Part shown: piece by piece, positions 31,476 through 43,494 of the stretch
Position numbering within the stretch: the stretch's first letter is position 1
How the letters are laid out: each line of letters opens with the position of its first letter
Assembly (NCBI GenBank): GCA_033723415.1
Contig: JAWVXD010000005.1
Location: 128,001-192,000, forward strand
Direction of reading: 5' to 3'
Length of the DNA stretch: 64,000 nucleotides
Origin: Sulfurospirillaceae bacterium
Lineage (GTDB): Bacteria; Campylobacterota; Campylobacteria; Campylobacterales; Sulfurospirillaceae
Position numbers and translations under genes: made by a program
Notes under the pieces: generated by a model
What the model saw: only the letters and a program-made list of their open reading frames with translations
The model's database searches: none
Told to the model about the DNA's origin: nothing

Positions 31476-32570
31476 TTAAAACTTTTTTATAACTTTATCA
31501 AATATTTTCTTTAAACTCTCTATCTCTTCTAAAGAACATCTCTCATTTAAGGCATGAATTCTGTCATTTACCACTCCAAGCTCTATCGCTTTTACACCAT
31601 ATTCTGAGAAAAATCTCGCATCACTTGTGCCGCCAGTTGTTCTTAAATTTGCCTTAATACCTGTTATTTCTTCAGAAGATTTAGCTAAAATTTTGACAAC
31701 TTTCGAGTCTCGCTTAATAATGAAAGGTTTTGATGACAATTTAAGCGAAATTTTATATTTTAACCCGTTAAATACATTGTTTATATAATTTTCTATATCT
31801 TCTTTTGAAGTTTTTGTTGAATTTCGAACGTTAAACATAAGTTTCAAATACCCTGGCGTAACATTTGTGACTTCCATTCCGCTTCTTATATCAGTTATAA
31901 CAAGCTGACTAGGTGCAAAATTCTCATCTCCTTCATCAAAATTGTGAGCACTAAGTTTCACTAGTAAAGGTGCAATTAGATTTATCGTATTGATAGATTT
32001 TTCTGGATAAGCGGCATGTCCTTGCTTTCCGAATAGCTCTATAACTCCATTGATAGAGCCTCTTCTTCCGATTTTCAGACTATCGCCGAACATTTCTTCA
32101 CAAGTAGGCTCTGCTACGATTGCAAAATCAGGCAGAAACTTTTTTTCTTTTAAATACTTAAGTACTTCAAGTGTTCCATACTTTCCTTCACCTTCTTCAT
32201 CGCTTGTTAAAAGAACTGACAACGTTCCGTTAAATTTTTTCGCTTCTTTACAAGATTGAACAAAAGCAGCAACGCCGCTTTTCATGTCCTGTGCTCCTCT
32301 TGCATATACAAAACCGTCTTTGATCACTGCAGAAAACGGATCGCTGTCCCATCCCTCTCCAGGGGGGACTACGTCTACATGACCTGCAAAACACAAATGT
32401 TCTCCATCACCAAATTTTTTGTGTAAGAAAAGGTTTTTAACTCCGTTTTTATCGATTCTTACTGCTTCAAAATCGCTTAAATATTCTTCTATGAAATCAA
32501 GGGCCCCATCATCATGCGGCGTTATTGACCTGCAGTTTAATAGCTTTATAAATAATTCTTGTAATGTCAT
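31476..32570 (-). CDS. dapE: Succinyl-diaminopimelate desuccinylase
   Basis: FAGHVDVVP, RGAQDMK, TSDEEG, GGTSDARF. Confidence 0.95.
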   Translation of the reverse strand: MTLQELFIKLLNCRSITPHDDGALDFIEEYLSDFEAVRIDKNGVKNLFLHKKFGDGEHLCFAGHVDVVPPGEGWDSDPFSAVIKDGFVYARGAQDMKSGVAAFVQSCKEAKKFNGTLSVLLTSDEEGEGKYGTLEVLKYLKEKKFLPDFAIVAEPTCEEMFGDSLKIGRRGSINGVIELFGKQGHAAYPEKSINTINLIAPLLVKLSAHNFDEGDENFAPSQLVITDIRSGMEVTNVTPGYLKLMFNVRNSTKTSKEDIENYINNVFNGLKYKISLKLSSKPFIIKRDSKVVKILAKSSEEITGIKANLRTTGGTSDARFFSEYGVKAIELGVVNDRIHALNERCSLEEIESLKKIFDKVIKKF

Positions 32571-32737
32571 GATCTTTTCTTTATCCTCATTTTGATGTCG
32601 GTATGCCTAAATATAAACCTTGAAATTCACCAATTTCAAGTTCTAAGAAAATCTAAAAATTTTTTTCATTTTATATATATTTGATTCCTTAGTGCAACTA
32701 AGAGCAAAATATTATAATACGTAATATATTAAAATCG

Positions 32738-34936
32738 TCATAATTTGATCAACGTAGCACCATATCCACCCATCTTAGCAGGGGCATCGCCGTAAGATAT
32801 CAAACTTGGATATGTCGATAAAAAGTTTTTGACGGCATATGCCAACTTTCCGGTACCTATACCATGATAGACCAAGACTTCATCAAAACCGCTAATCAAA
32901 GCATCTGATAGAAATTTATCTAGCTTTTCTATAGCTTCATCAGCTCTTAACCCATGCAGATCAAGTATGACTCCCCCTCCTGCACCAGGTCTTGTAATAG
33001 TAACCTTACTTGGTTTTGTAGGTTGATTTCCACTTCTTTTTAGACTTACAATCGGCACTCTTAGTGTTATTCCATCGCAATCGATCATGGCTATATCTTT
33101 TTTAATTGATTTTATAACGCCTTTAGAATTTCCATATTTAACCCTGTCTCCAACTTTCAAATCTTCACTCTTTTGTTCTATCTTAATACTTTTTGCAGCT
33201 TTTTTGAACTCATGAGCTTTATTTAAAAATCTATGCCCTTCTTTGATATCTTTTGATTTGATCGCTTCTTTTGCTTCATCTATGGCTTTGTTGAAATTCT
33301 TTTGCATCTGCTGTGTTGATCTCTCAAACTCGACAAGTGAACGTTCTTTTTCATCTTTGAGCGCAGTTTTTAGTTTTTGAACATCTTCAAGTTTTTCATC
33401 CAATTCTTTTGATTGTTCTCTCATCTGTAATTCTAGATCAATATTTTTTTGGATAAGGTCATTTAGTTTTTCTTTGTCTTCTCCGTAAACCTCTCTTGCC
33501 TCTTGTATGATAGAAGGAGGAATTTTATATCTAAGTGCTGTTTCAAACGCATATGATTTCCCTATAGTTCCATTTAAAAATTCATAAGTCGGCTTTTGAT
33601 TTTTTTCATCATAAATAGCTGCCAATAACTGAACTCCCTCATGAGTAGCTAAAAGAGAAGCCAATCTTTTGTGATGCGTGGTAATTACTATCTTGATATC
33701 TTTTGTTATCAAATTTTCGATTATGACTTTAAACAAACTAGCAGCTTCATCTGCATCAGTTCCCAGTTCTATCTCATCAATCCCTACAAGAGTGTTCTTT
33801 TTTGTAAAAAGTTTGCTGAATTCACCCATTCTGCCAGCAAAGGTTGAAATGTCATTTTTTACATTTTGAGGATCATCTAAAATAGCAATTATCTCTTTAA
33901 ATGAACCTATGTGTGAATTATTTGCGTCTATCTTCATAGGAAGTAAATACTTTGCCAAAAATGCAGCACTTAGTATGGATTTTAGAAACATTGTTTTTCC
34001 GCCTGCATTCACACCAGTGATCATAAGAACATGTTTGGAAAAATCTATACTTATCGGTTTTGGATCGTTGAGTGCAGGATGTGAGAATTTTGTCAATTTT
34101 ATATTAGAGTCTTTTTTTGCTAGAACAAAATCTAAATCCTTGCTTTTTGCCAACATAACCCTTGCATAGTATGAGTCAAATTTATCAAATTCACGATTTA
34201 TAAAAGACAAAAATTTTACAAACTTTGAAAAGATAGTAGATATTTTTTTTGCGTATATATAAATCAGCTCTTCTTTTTGATCGATTAAAGAGCTCTCTTT
34301 TGATTTTAAAGTAGAAATAGAATCAGGAAATATATAAAAAAACCCACTGCTGCTTCGTCCTAAAACACTGCCTTTTATAACATGATTAAAACCACCTCGC
34401 ATCAACAGTGCTTCATGATTGTTGATATAATGAACTTGTCTATCGACTAGGTAAAGTGAAAGTTTTGAATTTGACATGATCTTTTTTAGCGTTTGTGCAG
34501 TCTCTTCTTTAATCTTAGATAAAGATGATTCTATAGAAATAAACTTATCGTCAATACTGCTTTTAAGTTCACCTTTATCATTAAAATATTTGCATATTTC
34601 ATGTATCTCATCTGGTATTTCGATCTTCTCCATCCATTCTGCCAAACTATTTTCTGCAAAAATGTTTTTGAGATAGTTAAAATAATTTATTATTTTGACA
34701 AATGAGTATATCTCGTATATTTTCAATACGCCTTGTTTACTCAAATGAGCCAGAGGAATATCTAGATTTTCAACTTCACTTGAGGATTTTATATCACTAA
34801 AACTCATCAACTCTTTTATAAATTTATAATGTATCTTAGAGTCTCCCTCCATAAAGAGGGATTTTTTTCTTGCAAAGTAATAATGCAGCGAATTTGTATA
34901 TTCTTCTAGATCAAGCTTGGAAAGTAGAGTGTTCAT
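32738..34936 (-). CDS. mutS2: MutS2 endonuclease
   Basis: TGVNAGGKT, DEIELGTD, C-terminal Smr LDLHG...HGIGTGKL. Confidence 0.95.
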   Translation of the reverse strand: MNTLLSKLDLEEYTNSLHYYFARKKSLFMEGDSKIHYKFIKELMSFSDIKSSSEVENLDIPLAHLSKQGVLKIYEIYSFVKIINYFNYLKNIFAENSLAEWMEKIEIPDEIHEICKYFNDKGELKSSIDDKFISIESSLSKIKEETAQTLKKIMSNSKLSLYLVDRQVHYINNHEALLMRGGFNHVIKGSVLGRSSSGFFYIFPDSISTLKSKESSLIDQKEELIYIYAKKISTIFSKFVKFLSFINREFDKFDSYYARVMLAKSKDLDFVLAKKDSNIKLTKFSHPALNDPKPISIDFSKHVLMITGVNAGGKTMFLKSILSAAFLAKYLLPMKIDANNSHIGSFKEIIAILDDPQNVKNDISTFAGRMGEFSKLFTKKNTLVGIDEIELGTDADEAASLFKVIIENLITKDIKIVITTHHKRLASLLATHEGVQLLAAIYDEKNQKPTYEFLNGTIGKSYAFETALRYKIPPSIIQEAREVYGEDKEKLNDLIQKNIDLELQMREQSKELDEKLEDVQKLKTALKDEKERSLVEFERSTQQMQKNFNKAIDEAKEAIKSKDIKEGHRFLNKAHEFKKAAKSIKIEQKSEDLKVGDRVKYGNSKGVIKSIKKDIAMIDCDGITLRVPIVSLKRSGNQPTKPSKVTITRPGAGGGVILDLHGLRADEAIEKLDKFLSDALISGFDEVLVYHGIGTGKLAYAVKNFLSTYPSLISYGDAPAKMGGYGATLIKL

Positions 34937-35277
34937 TTTATCTTTTTACATGTAGATATATCTAGAACTACGCCCCTTAGACTTTTAACATCACTTTTTG
35001 CAACAAAAGAAAGCGTTCCGCTAACAAATATAAAATTCTTAGAATTCACCTTATATCCACTGCACTCTATATCATTCCCTTGTTCAAATATATTGATAAG
35101 TTCTCTGTTGCGTGACGCACTTTCATTGCTATAAAAATTAAAAGCCCACCCTAAAGCGATCAATACTGCAAAAGATATAGAAATGTAAATTTTAGCATTT
35201 GTTGAAAAAGTATCTTTTTTAGCTACAAATATAATCAAAACAGCCAAAATAAGAAGTAGGAAAAGAACTATTTGCAC
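34933..35277 (-). CDS. Small membrane protein of unknown function
   Basis: Two N-terminal TM segments; coupled to mutS2; AAGGA RBS. Confidence 0.75.
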   Translation of the reverse strand: MQIVLFLLLILAVLIIFVAKKDTFSTNAKIYISISFAVLIALGWAFNFYSNESASRNRELINIFEQGNDIECSGYKVNSKNFIFVSGTLSFVAKSDVKSLRGVVLDISTCKKIK

Positions 35278-35290
35278 AATATACTTCCTT

Positions 35291-36601
35291 TCATGATATG
35301 CCTCTTAATTGATATGTGATATCTCCTGCGCCAAATCCTATAACTAATCCACTATTTAACTTATCAATTGTTTCATTGTTGTCTATTAACTCCAATGAAT
35401 TTACATTCTTTTTTAAAGACTGTACAAAAGTCGGATTGTACTTGCTAAACTCTTTTTCAAAATTTATATCTATAAATGCTTCTCCTACACTCCACACAGG
35501 AAGTATGACCAGCCTGTCTGCTTCTTCAAAACAGTTGACAAAATTTTGTAGATTATCATATGTTCTTGAATATTTATGCGGTTGCCAGATAGCTGTCACG
35601 GTTTTTAGACCCATCATCTTTGCATATTTTCTTGCAGAATTCATCGTTGCCTTGATCTCTGTAGGATGATGACCATAGTCATCGATCAAAGTGAAATCAT
35701 TTAATTTTTCTATAATGTCAAATCTCTTTTTTATACCTCTGTAGTTTTTTATCATTGTTCTAGCAGTCTCAAGATCTACCTCATTGAGACTTGCAAGAAT
35801 TGCCAATGAAGCATCCACTACGATATGATTTCCCATACCCCAGACTTCAAATCTACCTAGATCTTTCAGGATGAATGATGTAAAAGGTTCCGCATCTCTT
35901 ATCACGGTTTTGATCTCTTTGATATCACTGCTTGGATATAATCTTATCGCTTCTAAGTCCGTAAGAGTTGAAAGAAACTCATCTTCCGCATTGATCACTC
36001 GAATAGTCGCACTTTTCAAAAACTGCTCATATGCCCTGTGAAATCTTTGAATATCATAATTGTAATGTTCCATATGTTCAGGTTCTGCATTTGTTACAAC
36101 CGCTATGTATGGGTTTGAGTTCAAAAAGCTTTCGTCACTCTCATCTGCTTCAAATATTATATTGTTTCCGGCTCTATAAAACATGTTGGTGTCAAATTGT
36201 TTGCTTTCCGCCCCTATTATAACGGTTCCTTCTACTAAAGAAGCCAACATAGCGCTTGTAGTACTTTTCCCATGAGCTCCACAAACCGAAAATACCCTTC
36301 GATCTTTTAAAAACAAAGGTAGCGCATCTTTTCTTGAGAGTGTCATGATACCTTGTTGTCGTGATTTTATGAGCTCCACATTGTCATCTTTAATAACAGC
36401 AGAATAAACGACTAGATCTTGATTATTTATATTTTCACTATCATGAGGTACACTTACTTTGATGCCTTCTGTTTCTAATTTTGCAGTTATCTTTGTTCGT
36501 TTCACATCAGAACCGCTAACTTCAAAGCCTTCTTTTTTTAGATAACGCGCAAGTGCCGATAATCCGATACCGCCGATTCCCACAAAATGGATATATTTCA
36601 T
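35291..36601 (-). CDS. murC: UDP-N-acetylmuramate--alanine ligase
   Basis: HFVGIGGIGLS, GAHGKSTT, EADESD, DDYGHHPTE. Confidence 0.98.
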   Translation of the reverse strand: MKYIHFVGIGGIGLSALARYLKKEGFEVSGSDVKRTKITAKLETEGIKVSVPHDSENINNQDLVVYSAVIKDDNVELIKSRQQGIMTLSRKDALPLFLKDRRVFSVCGAHGKSTTSAMLASLVEGTVIIGAESKQFDTNMFYRAGNNIIFEADESDESFLNSNPYIAVVTNAEPEHMEHYNYDIQRFHRAYEQFLKSATIRVINAEDEFLSTLTDLEAIRLYPSSDIKEIKTVIRDAEPFTSFILKDLGRFEVWGMGNHIVVDASLAILASLNEVDLETARTMIKNYRGIKKRFDIIEKLNDFTLIDDYGHHPTEIKATMNSARKYAKMMGLKTVTAIWQPHKYSRTYDNLQNFVNCFEEADRLVILPVWSVGEAFIDINFEKEFSKYNPTFVQSLKKNVNSLELIDNNETIDKLNSGLVIGFGAGDITYQLRGIS

Positions 36602-37734
36602 ATTTGTTTCCTATTTTTCATGAAATCTCTGATCCGCATCAAAGCTTCTTTTGTCTTTTCAGCTTCTTCTACGAGTGCTATCCTTACATAAGCATCTCCC
36701 ATTCCACCACGTCCTAGATAACTTCCAGGAAGTACTTTTACATTTTGCTCAGCATATAGACCTTTGGTAAATTCCAGATCATCATCTACTTTCAACCAAA
36801 TATAAAATGTAGCTTTTGGAATTTTTATCCCTAATATCTCGTTTGCTAATGCAAAGTTCTTTCTATATTTTTCTCTATTCTTCTCAACATGTTCTTCATC
36901 ACTCCAAGCTACAGATGCTGCGACTTGCAGAGGCAGTGGACTTGCCGTACCTAGGTAAGTCCTGTATTTTGCATATTGGCTCAAGATAGATTCATCTCCC
37001 GCAATAAAACCTGACCTCAGCCCTGGAGCACTGCTTCTCTTAGATATGGAATTAATAACAACAACATTTTTAAAGTTACTATTGCCTACATGTAAGCTGG
37101 CTTCTAAAAGAGAAACAGGGGGTTCATTGACATATATTTCGCTATAACATTCGTCATTCATCAATACAAAATCATATTCCAAAGCTTTTTTTACCCACCA
37201 GCCAAGCTCTTCTTTCCCCAAGCATGCAGTAGTAGGATTATTTGGAAAATTCAGTATCACAAGATCCAGACTCTTCAGCGTCCGCTCATCAATTTTAGCT
37301 AAAAATCCATCTTTTTCTTCCAAGTTGATATGCACTTGTTTTGCACGTGAAGCTATGGCTGCCCCTTCATATATCTGATAAAAAGGATTTGTGAATGCCA
37401 TCGTCGGATTTGGACTATCAAAAAGCAAAAACTGTGGAAAATTAAATAACACTTCTCTTGTCCCAAAGGTAGGTATAAGTTCCTCAGGTTTCAATTTTAC
37501 GTTAAATCTCTTTTCAAAAAATCCTAGCTGAGCCTCTTTTAAATAATCTTCACCTGCATTTTTTGGATATTTTTTTAATAAATTTGCACTATTTCTAAGA
37601 GCCTCTTGGATAAACATCGGAGTTTCAAACTGTGGTTCGCCTATGGTCAAAACAACTGGTTCTTTTTCTTGTCTTGGAGTTATATCTTTTAACAACTCTG
37701 TTAATTTTTCAAATGGATATGGTTCAAATCTCAA
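36598..37734 (-). CDS. dapC: Succinyldiaminopimelate aminotransferase (class I/II PLP)
   Basis: PYPFEKL, NPFYQIYEGAA, DECYSE, SISKRSSAPGLRSGF. Confidence 0.85.
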   Translation of the reverse strand: MRFEPYPFEKLTELLKDITPRQEKEPVVLTIGEPQFETPMFIQEALRNSANLLKKYPKNAGEDYLKEAQLGFFEKRFNVKLKPEELIPTFGTREVLFNFPQFLLFDSPNPTMAFTNPFYQIYEGAAIASRAKQVHINLEEKDGFLAKIDERTLKSLDLVILNFPNNPTTACLGKEELGWWVKKALEYDFVLMNDECYSEIYVNEPPVSLLEASLHVGNSNFKNVVVINSISKRSSAPGLRSGFIAGDESILSQYAKYRTYLGTASPLPLQVAASVAWSDEEHVEKNREKYRKNFALANEILGIKIPKATFYIWLKVDDDLEFTKGLYAEQNVKVLPGSYLGRGGMGDAYVRIALVEEAEKTKEALMRIRDFMKNRKQI

Positions 37735-38406
37735 TCATTTCTCCTTGAGAGGCATTTTTAATTTTTGTATCATCAACTCGCCTTCTTGATCAATATATAA
37801 ATAGTACAATAAATCTTTTTTTACACTTAGTCCGGCTAAGTATCTAAGTGCTAAATTGGCTTGAAGAGAGGCTATGTTCATCACTATAGGAGCGGCAATT
37901 CCCGCGGGTTCTTTTTTAAATACTTTAAATGATTTGAAATCACTTTTATCAAAAAAACAGACCTGTCCGTTAAACTCTTCAACAGCACCGTACAACCATG
38001 GCGTAGCAGTTTTTTTTGCAAATTCATCAATATCAGCTCTTGCAAAAAGATTGTCTGTCGCATCTATGATCAAGTCAACTTTTATATTCTTTTTTGCAAA
38101 TTCTTCAAATCTCTCAACATGCACATACGTTTTAACAAAAGGACATCGCTCTTCTAACAACTTGCCTACGATTTGTGCTTTATATTTCCCGTCATCTCCT
38201 GTTTTAAAAGCAATTTGGCGATGGATATTGTGTACACTTACCGTATCGAAATCAACTAAATGTATATGTCCTATCCCTGTACTTCCAAGACCTATGGCTA
38301 AAGAGCTTCCAAGCCCTCCGCTTCCTATTATAGCTATGGTTTTATCTTGCAAATTTGTTTGGGCTTCTTCTCCCCAAAGTTTTAATTGTCTATGAAAATA
38401 TTCCAT
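37735..38406 (-). CDS. ThiF/MoeB family adenylyltransferase
   Basis: IIGSGGLG, DFDTVSVHNIHRQ, DATDN. Confidence 0.88.
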   Translation of the reverse strand: MEYFHRQLKLWGEEAQTNLQDKTIAIIGSGGLGSSLAIGLGSTGIGHIHLVDFDTVSVHNIHRQIAFKTGDDGKYKAQIVGKLLEERCPFVKTYVHVERFEEFAKKNIKVDLIIDATDNLFARADIDEFAKKTATPWLYGAVEEFNGQVCFFDKSDFKSFKVFKKEPAGIAAPIVMNIASLQANLALRYLAGLSVKKDLLYYLYIDQEGELMIQKLKMPLKEK

Positions 38407-39200
38407 CATATGAGATCCTTTTTATCCAGCATCTTCTTCCATCCCCATATTTTTCTTGCTTCTTGGACTTCACTTTTACTTATTTCACATAACAGTATCT
38501 CTTCTTTATGTCCAAGTGATACTTCGACTTCTCCGTTTGGATTTACCAACGAACTGTGTCCGTAAAACTTCCAAGAAAGTTTTGAGTCTATATAGTTCCC
38601 GACTCTATTTGCTCTTAAAATATACATTGAATTTAAAAATGCTCTTGTTTTGATCAAGTCTTGCCATCTAGCTGCCGAATCAAAAGTAGAAGATGAAGGC
38701 ATCAATACCACATCAACATTTTTGCGCATAGCATCCATCCAAACAGTGTCAAAGTGTGCTTCAAATCCACTTATGATACCAAATCTTATTTTGTTTAACA
38801 AAAAGACAGGTATTGCATAAGAGCTTGATTCATTGTCAAAAAAACTCTCTTCATTCCAATGCTTATAATTTATAAGAAGCTGTTGGGCATAATAATGCAC
38901 GCTTGATGAAGAAAATCTTGCAACAGATTTAAATAATTTTCCACTTTTTACCTGTACGATAGGAGCAACAATATCTAAATTATATTTTTTTGAAAGCTCT
39001 TTTAAAACTTTTATTTTATGCTGAGACTGCTCTTTTATCATGAGATGTGGCATGTGTTCAAGTTCTTTGAAAAAACTATTGAGCGCATACTCGCAAAGTA
39101 AAACTAACTCTACGCCTTTTTGCTCACATATCCTAAAATAATAATCTAACTTGGAATGGCTCATAGGAAGAGTTGAGAGTTGCAGTGCGGCTAGTTTCAT
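38406..39200 (-). CDS. Carbon-nitrogen hydrolase (nitrilase fold)
   Basis: LLCEY, GFEAHF, RANRVG, FYGHSSLVNPNG. Confidence 0.85.
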   Translation of the reverse strand: MKLAALQLSTLPMSHSKLDYYFRICEQKGVELVLLCEYALNSFFKELEHMPHLMIKEQSQHKIKVLKELSKKYNLDIVAPIVQVKSGKLFKSVARFSSSSVHYYAQQLLINYKHWNEESFFDNESSSYAIPVFLLNKIRFGIISGFEAHFDTVWMDAMRKNVDVVLMPSSSTFDSAARWQDLIKTRAFLNSMYILRANRVGNYIDSKLSWKFYGHSSLVNPNGEVEVSLGHKEEILLCEISKSEVQEARKIWGWKKMLDKKDLI

Positions 39201-39416
39201 TTAATTCTCTTGTCCAAATTGAAGCTGTTCATATTCTAGTTTTGCATCTTCTATGATCTTTGTTGCTTCATTTAAAATCGTAATACCTTTTTTATATTCA
39301 AGCATAGCATCTTTTAATGGAATTTGAGGATCACTTAATCTCTCTAAAATCTCTTTTGCATTTTTCAACTTACCTTCAAAATCTTCTGTTTCTTCAACCT
39401 TATTGTCTTTAACCAT
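39201..39416 (-). CDS. xseB: Exodeoxyribonuclease VII small subunit
   Basis: FEGKL...LKDAMLEYKKGI pattern; 71 aa. Confidence 0.85.
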   Translation of the reverse strand: MVKDNKVEETEDFEGKLKNAKEILERLSDPQIPLKDAMLEYKKGITILNEATKIIEDAKLEYEQLQFGQEN

Positions 39417-40512
39417 TTAGTGCTTTCCTTATATAAAAATCAAATTTATCATATTCTACCAAAAATGCATCATGACCGTAACTGCTGTCAACACAAAAAT
39501 AATCTACTTTGTCTCCTCTTCCCATATCTATAAGGGTATTTTGGATCGTTTTCATCTCTTGTGGCATAAATAGCAGATCACCGTTAAAAGCAATCAGTGT
39601 CATCTTGGCTTTTATATGCTCCAATGAAGCCTTTAATGAATCATAATTTCTAGCTGCATCAAAGATATTCATCGCTTTTACTATATATATATAACTTAGT
39701 GGATCAAACCTCTTTGCAAAATTGTAAGCATTGTATTCTAGATATCTCTCTACTTGAAAACGACCGAAAAGCTCATATAATCCATCTGTCTCAACATAAT
39801 TTCTACCGAATTTCTTCTCCATAGAATAAGGGCTCAAAAAGCTGATATGCCCTGCCATTCTTCCTATTGCAAAGCTATTCAAAGGAAATTCCGTAAATTC
39901 TCCATCTTCATAATTGCCATTTTTAAATCTAGGGTCGTTTATGATGCCTTCAATTGCTATTTTATTGAATGAGATAGCCCATGCAGAAGTTGCATAAGTT
40001 GAGGCTAAGACAATGACTCTATCTGTAAATTGAGGATATTCAACACCTACGCAAAGAGCCTGCATACCGCCGAGTGAACCGCCTATGACAGCATATGCCT
40101 TTTCAATACCTAATTTTTTGAAAAGTGACATCTGCGCACTTACCATATCGCTGATCGTTATGACAGGGAAGTTCAACTTGTAAGGTAAACCTGTCTTTTT
40201 ATCTTTGGAAGCCGGTCCGCTTGAACCAAAACAACTTCCCAGAATATTAACACAAATTACAAAATATTTTTTGGTATCTATGACTTTATCATCACCGATA
40301 AGAGGGTCCCACCAACCCGGCTTCGAATCTCCCTCATATCTACCTGCAGCGTGATGGCTGCCTGTGAGTGCATGAAAAACAACTATAGCATTTGATTTAT
40401 CTTGATTCAGCTTTCCATATGTTTCATAAGTCAGATCATATTCCTCTAAAATACGGCCGCTTTCAAGATAAAGTTGTTTATCAAAATGCTCGGTAGCTGT
40501 TATGATTTCCAA
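39409..40512 (-). CDS. metX: Homoserine O-acetyltransferase
   Basis: HALTGSHH, GGSLGG, YGHDAFL. Confidence 0.95.
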   Translation of the reverse strand: MEIITATEHFDKQLYLESGRILEEYDLTYETYGKLNQDKSNAIVVFHALTGSHHAAGRYEGDSKPGWWDPLIGDDKVIDTKKYFVICVNILGSCFGSSGPASKDKKTGLPYKLNFPVITISDMVSAQMSLFKKLGIEKAYAVIGGSLGGMQALCVGVEYPQFTDRVIVLASTYATSAWAISFNKIAIEGIINDPRFKNGNYEDGEFTEFPLNSFAIGRMAGHISFLSPYSMEKKFGRNYVETDGLYELFGRFQVERYLEYNAYNFAKRFDPLSYIYIVKAMNIFDAARNYDSLKASLEHIKAKMTLIAFNGDLLFMPQEMKTIQNTLIDMGRGDKVDYFCVDSSYGHDAFLVEYDKFDFYIRKALNG

Positions 40513-40526
40513 TAAATCAATCTCCC

Positions 40527-41975
<1,449 letters not shown>

Positions 41976-42014
41976 TTATATTCTCCTTTAATTCGAGCAT
42001 AAGCTCTAAACATG

Positions 42015-43373
42015 CTAGAGAGACAATTCTCTCTCTAAACTTAATGCACCATCAAATAGTTCCTGCTCTCCATATGCTCTGGCTATGAGCTGTCCACCGA
42101 TAGGTAAACCAATATCATTTTTGCCAAGAGGCACAGATATCCCAGGCAAGCCTGCTAAATTTAATGAGATGGTATACACATCACTCAAATACATTTCCAA
42201 AGGATCTTTTTTACTACCAAATTCAAAAGCAGCAGTAGGTGCAACAGGAGTAAAAATCAAATCCGCATCTTTAAAAATCTCTTCATACTGGTGCTTGATA
42301 AAATGTCGTGCTTTTTGAGCTTTTATATAATACGCATCATAGTATCCACTACTCAAAACAAACGTTCCAAGTAAAATTCTTCTTTTTACTTCTTCCCCAA
42401 ATCCCTTACTTCTACTCTCTAAATACATATCCTTAAGACTGTGATTTGATTGTCTATTACCGTATCTTACACCATCAAATCGACTCAAGTTTGCACTTGC
42501 TTCTGCCGTTGCTATGACATAATAAGTAGCTATATCGAATTTAGAATTTATAAAATTTTTATATATTATTTTATGTCCTGCCTTCTCTAATGCTTTAATG
42601 CCCTCTTTCATCTTATCTTGCACTTCAGGACTTGCCTCGTTTAGATAGTTTTCGATCACGGCTATGGTCATTTTTCTATCAGGATTTAATTTATCACTTA
42701 CTTTTATGTGCTCTATGTTTGCACTGGTTGAGTCATGTTCATCATGACCTGCTATGATATCATATAGAATTGCCGCATCTTCAACATTTTGAGTTATCGG
42801 TCCTATTTGATCTAGAGAACTTGAGTAGGCAGCCAATCCATAACGACTGACTTTTCCATAAGTAGATTTCATACCGACACAACCACAAAATGATGCAGGT
42901 TGACGGATACTTCCTCCAGTATCACTTCCAAGCGCTGCGATAGCAAGACCGCCTGCAACTGCAGCAGCACTTCCACCGCTACTGCCTCCTGGAACACGGC
43001 TTAGATCATGAGGGTTCTTTGTAACGCCGTAAAATGAGCTCTCGGTAGAACTACCCATAGCAAATTCATCCATATTAGTTCTGCCGAAAGGAGATAGTCC
43101 GTTATCTAGCATTTTATTGATAACCGTTGCATTATATGGTGCTATATAGCCTTGTAAAATATTTGATCCAGATGTTACTTCCCAGCCGTTTACTTGAATA
43201 TTGTCTTTTATAGCTATTGGAATTCCATCCATATATTCTGATAATTCCCGGTTCGTAAGTTGCTCTACATACGCACCTATATCTTGACTACTTTCTATTT
43301 CTAAGCGCAACTCTCTTCTGATATCAGCTATCTCTTCTTTTGGAAGTTTTAGTGCTTCTTTTAAAGTTATCAA
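42015..43373 (-). CDS. gatA: Asp/Glu-tRNA amidotransferase subunit A
   Basis: GGSSGGSAAAV, GSDTGGSIRQP amidase signature. Confidence 0.98.
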   Translation of the reverse strand: MITLKEALKLPKEEIADIRRELRLEIESSQDIGAYVEQLTNRELSEYMDGIPIAIKDNIQVNGWEVTSGSNILQGYIAPYNATVINKMLDNGLSPFGRTNMDEFAMGSSTESSFYGVTKNPHDLSRVPGGSSGGSAAAVAGGLAIAALGSDTGGSIRQPASFCGCVGMKSTYGKVSRYGLAAYSSSLDQIGPITQNVEDAAILYDIIAGHDEHDSTSANIEHIKVSDKLNPDRKMTIAVIENYLNEASPEVQDKMKEGIKALEKAGHKIIYKNFINSKFDIATYYVIATAEASANLSRFDGVRYGNRQSNHSLKDMYLESRSKGFGEEVKRRILLGTFVLSSGYYDAYYIKAQKARHFIKHQYEEIFKDADLIFTPVAPTAAFEFGSKKDPLEMYLSDVYTISLNLAGLPGISVPLGKNDIGLPIGGQLIARAYGEQELFDGALSLERELSL

Positions 43374-43383
43374 CTTATTTCTC

Positions 43384-43494
43384 CTAAAATTTTCTATTTT
43401 TTACTAAAAATATACTTATCGCGATTATAACAAATATAACTCCGATAGTTCCAAAGATCATACTAAGATGAGTATGCTGTGACATATCAAACAT
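43384..43494 (-). CDS. 36-aa single-pass membrane protein (not in ORF track)
   Basis: [36 protein letters not shown]; start overlaps ileS stop, stop overlaps gatA RBS. Confidence 0.75.
   Translation of the reverse strand: MFDMSQHTHLSMIFGTIGVIFVIIAISIFLVKNRKF

Noticed and set aside
32619..32640. Perfect hairpin CTTGAAATT-CACC-AATTTCAAG between mutS2 and dapE as a third copy of the repeat
   Set aside because: It shares only CTTGAAA and lacks the conserved CTCGACG...TCGT core; more likely a simple stem-loop.
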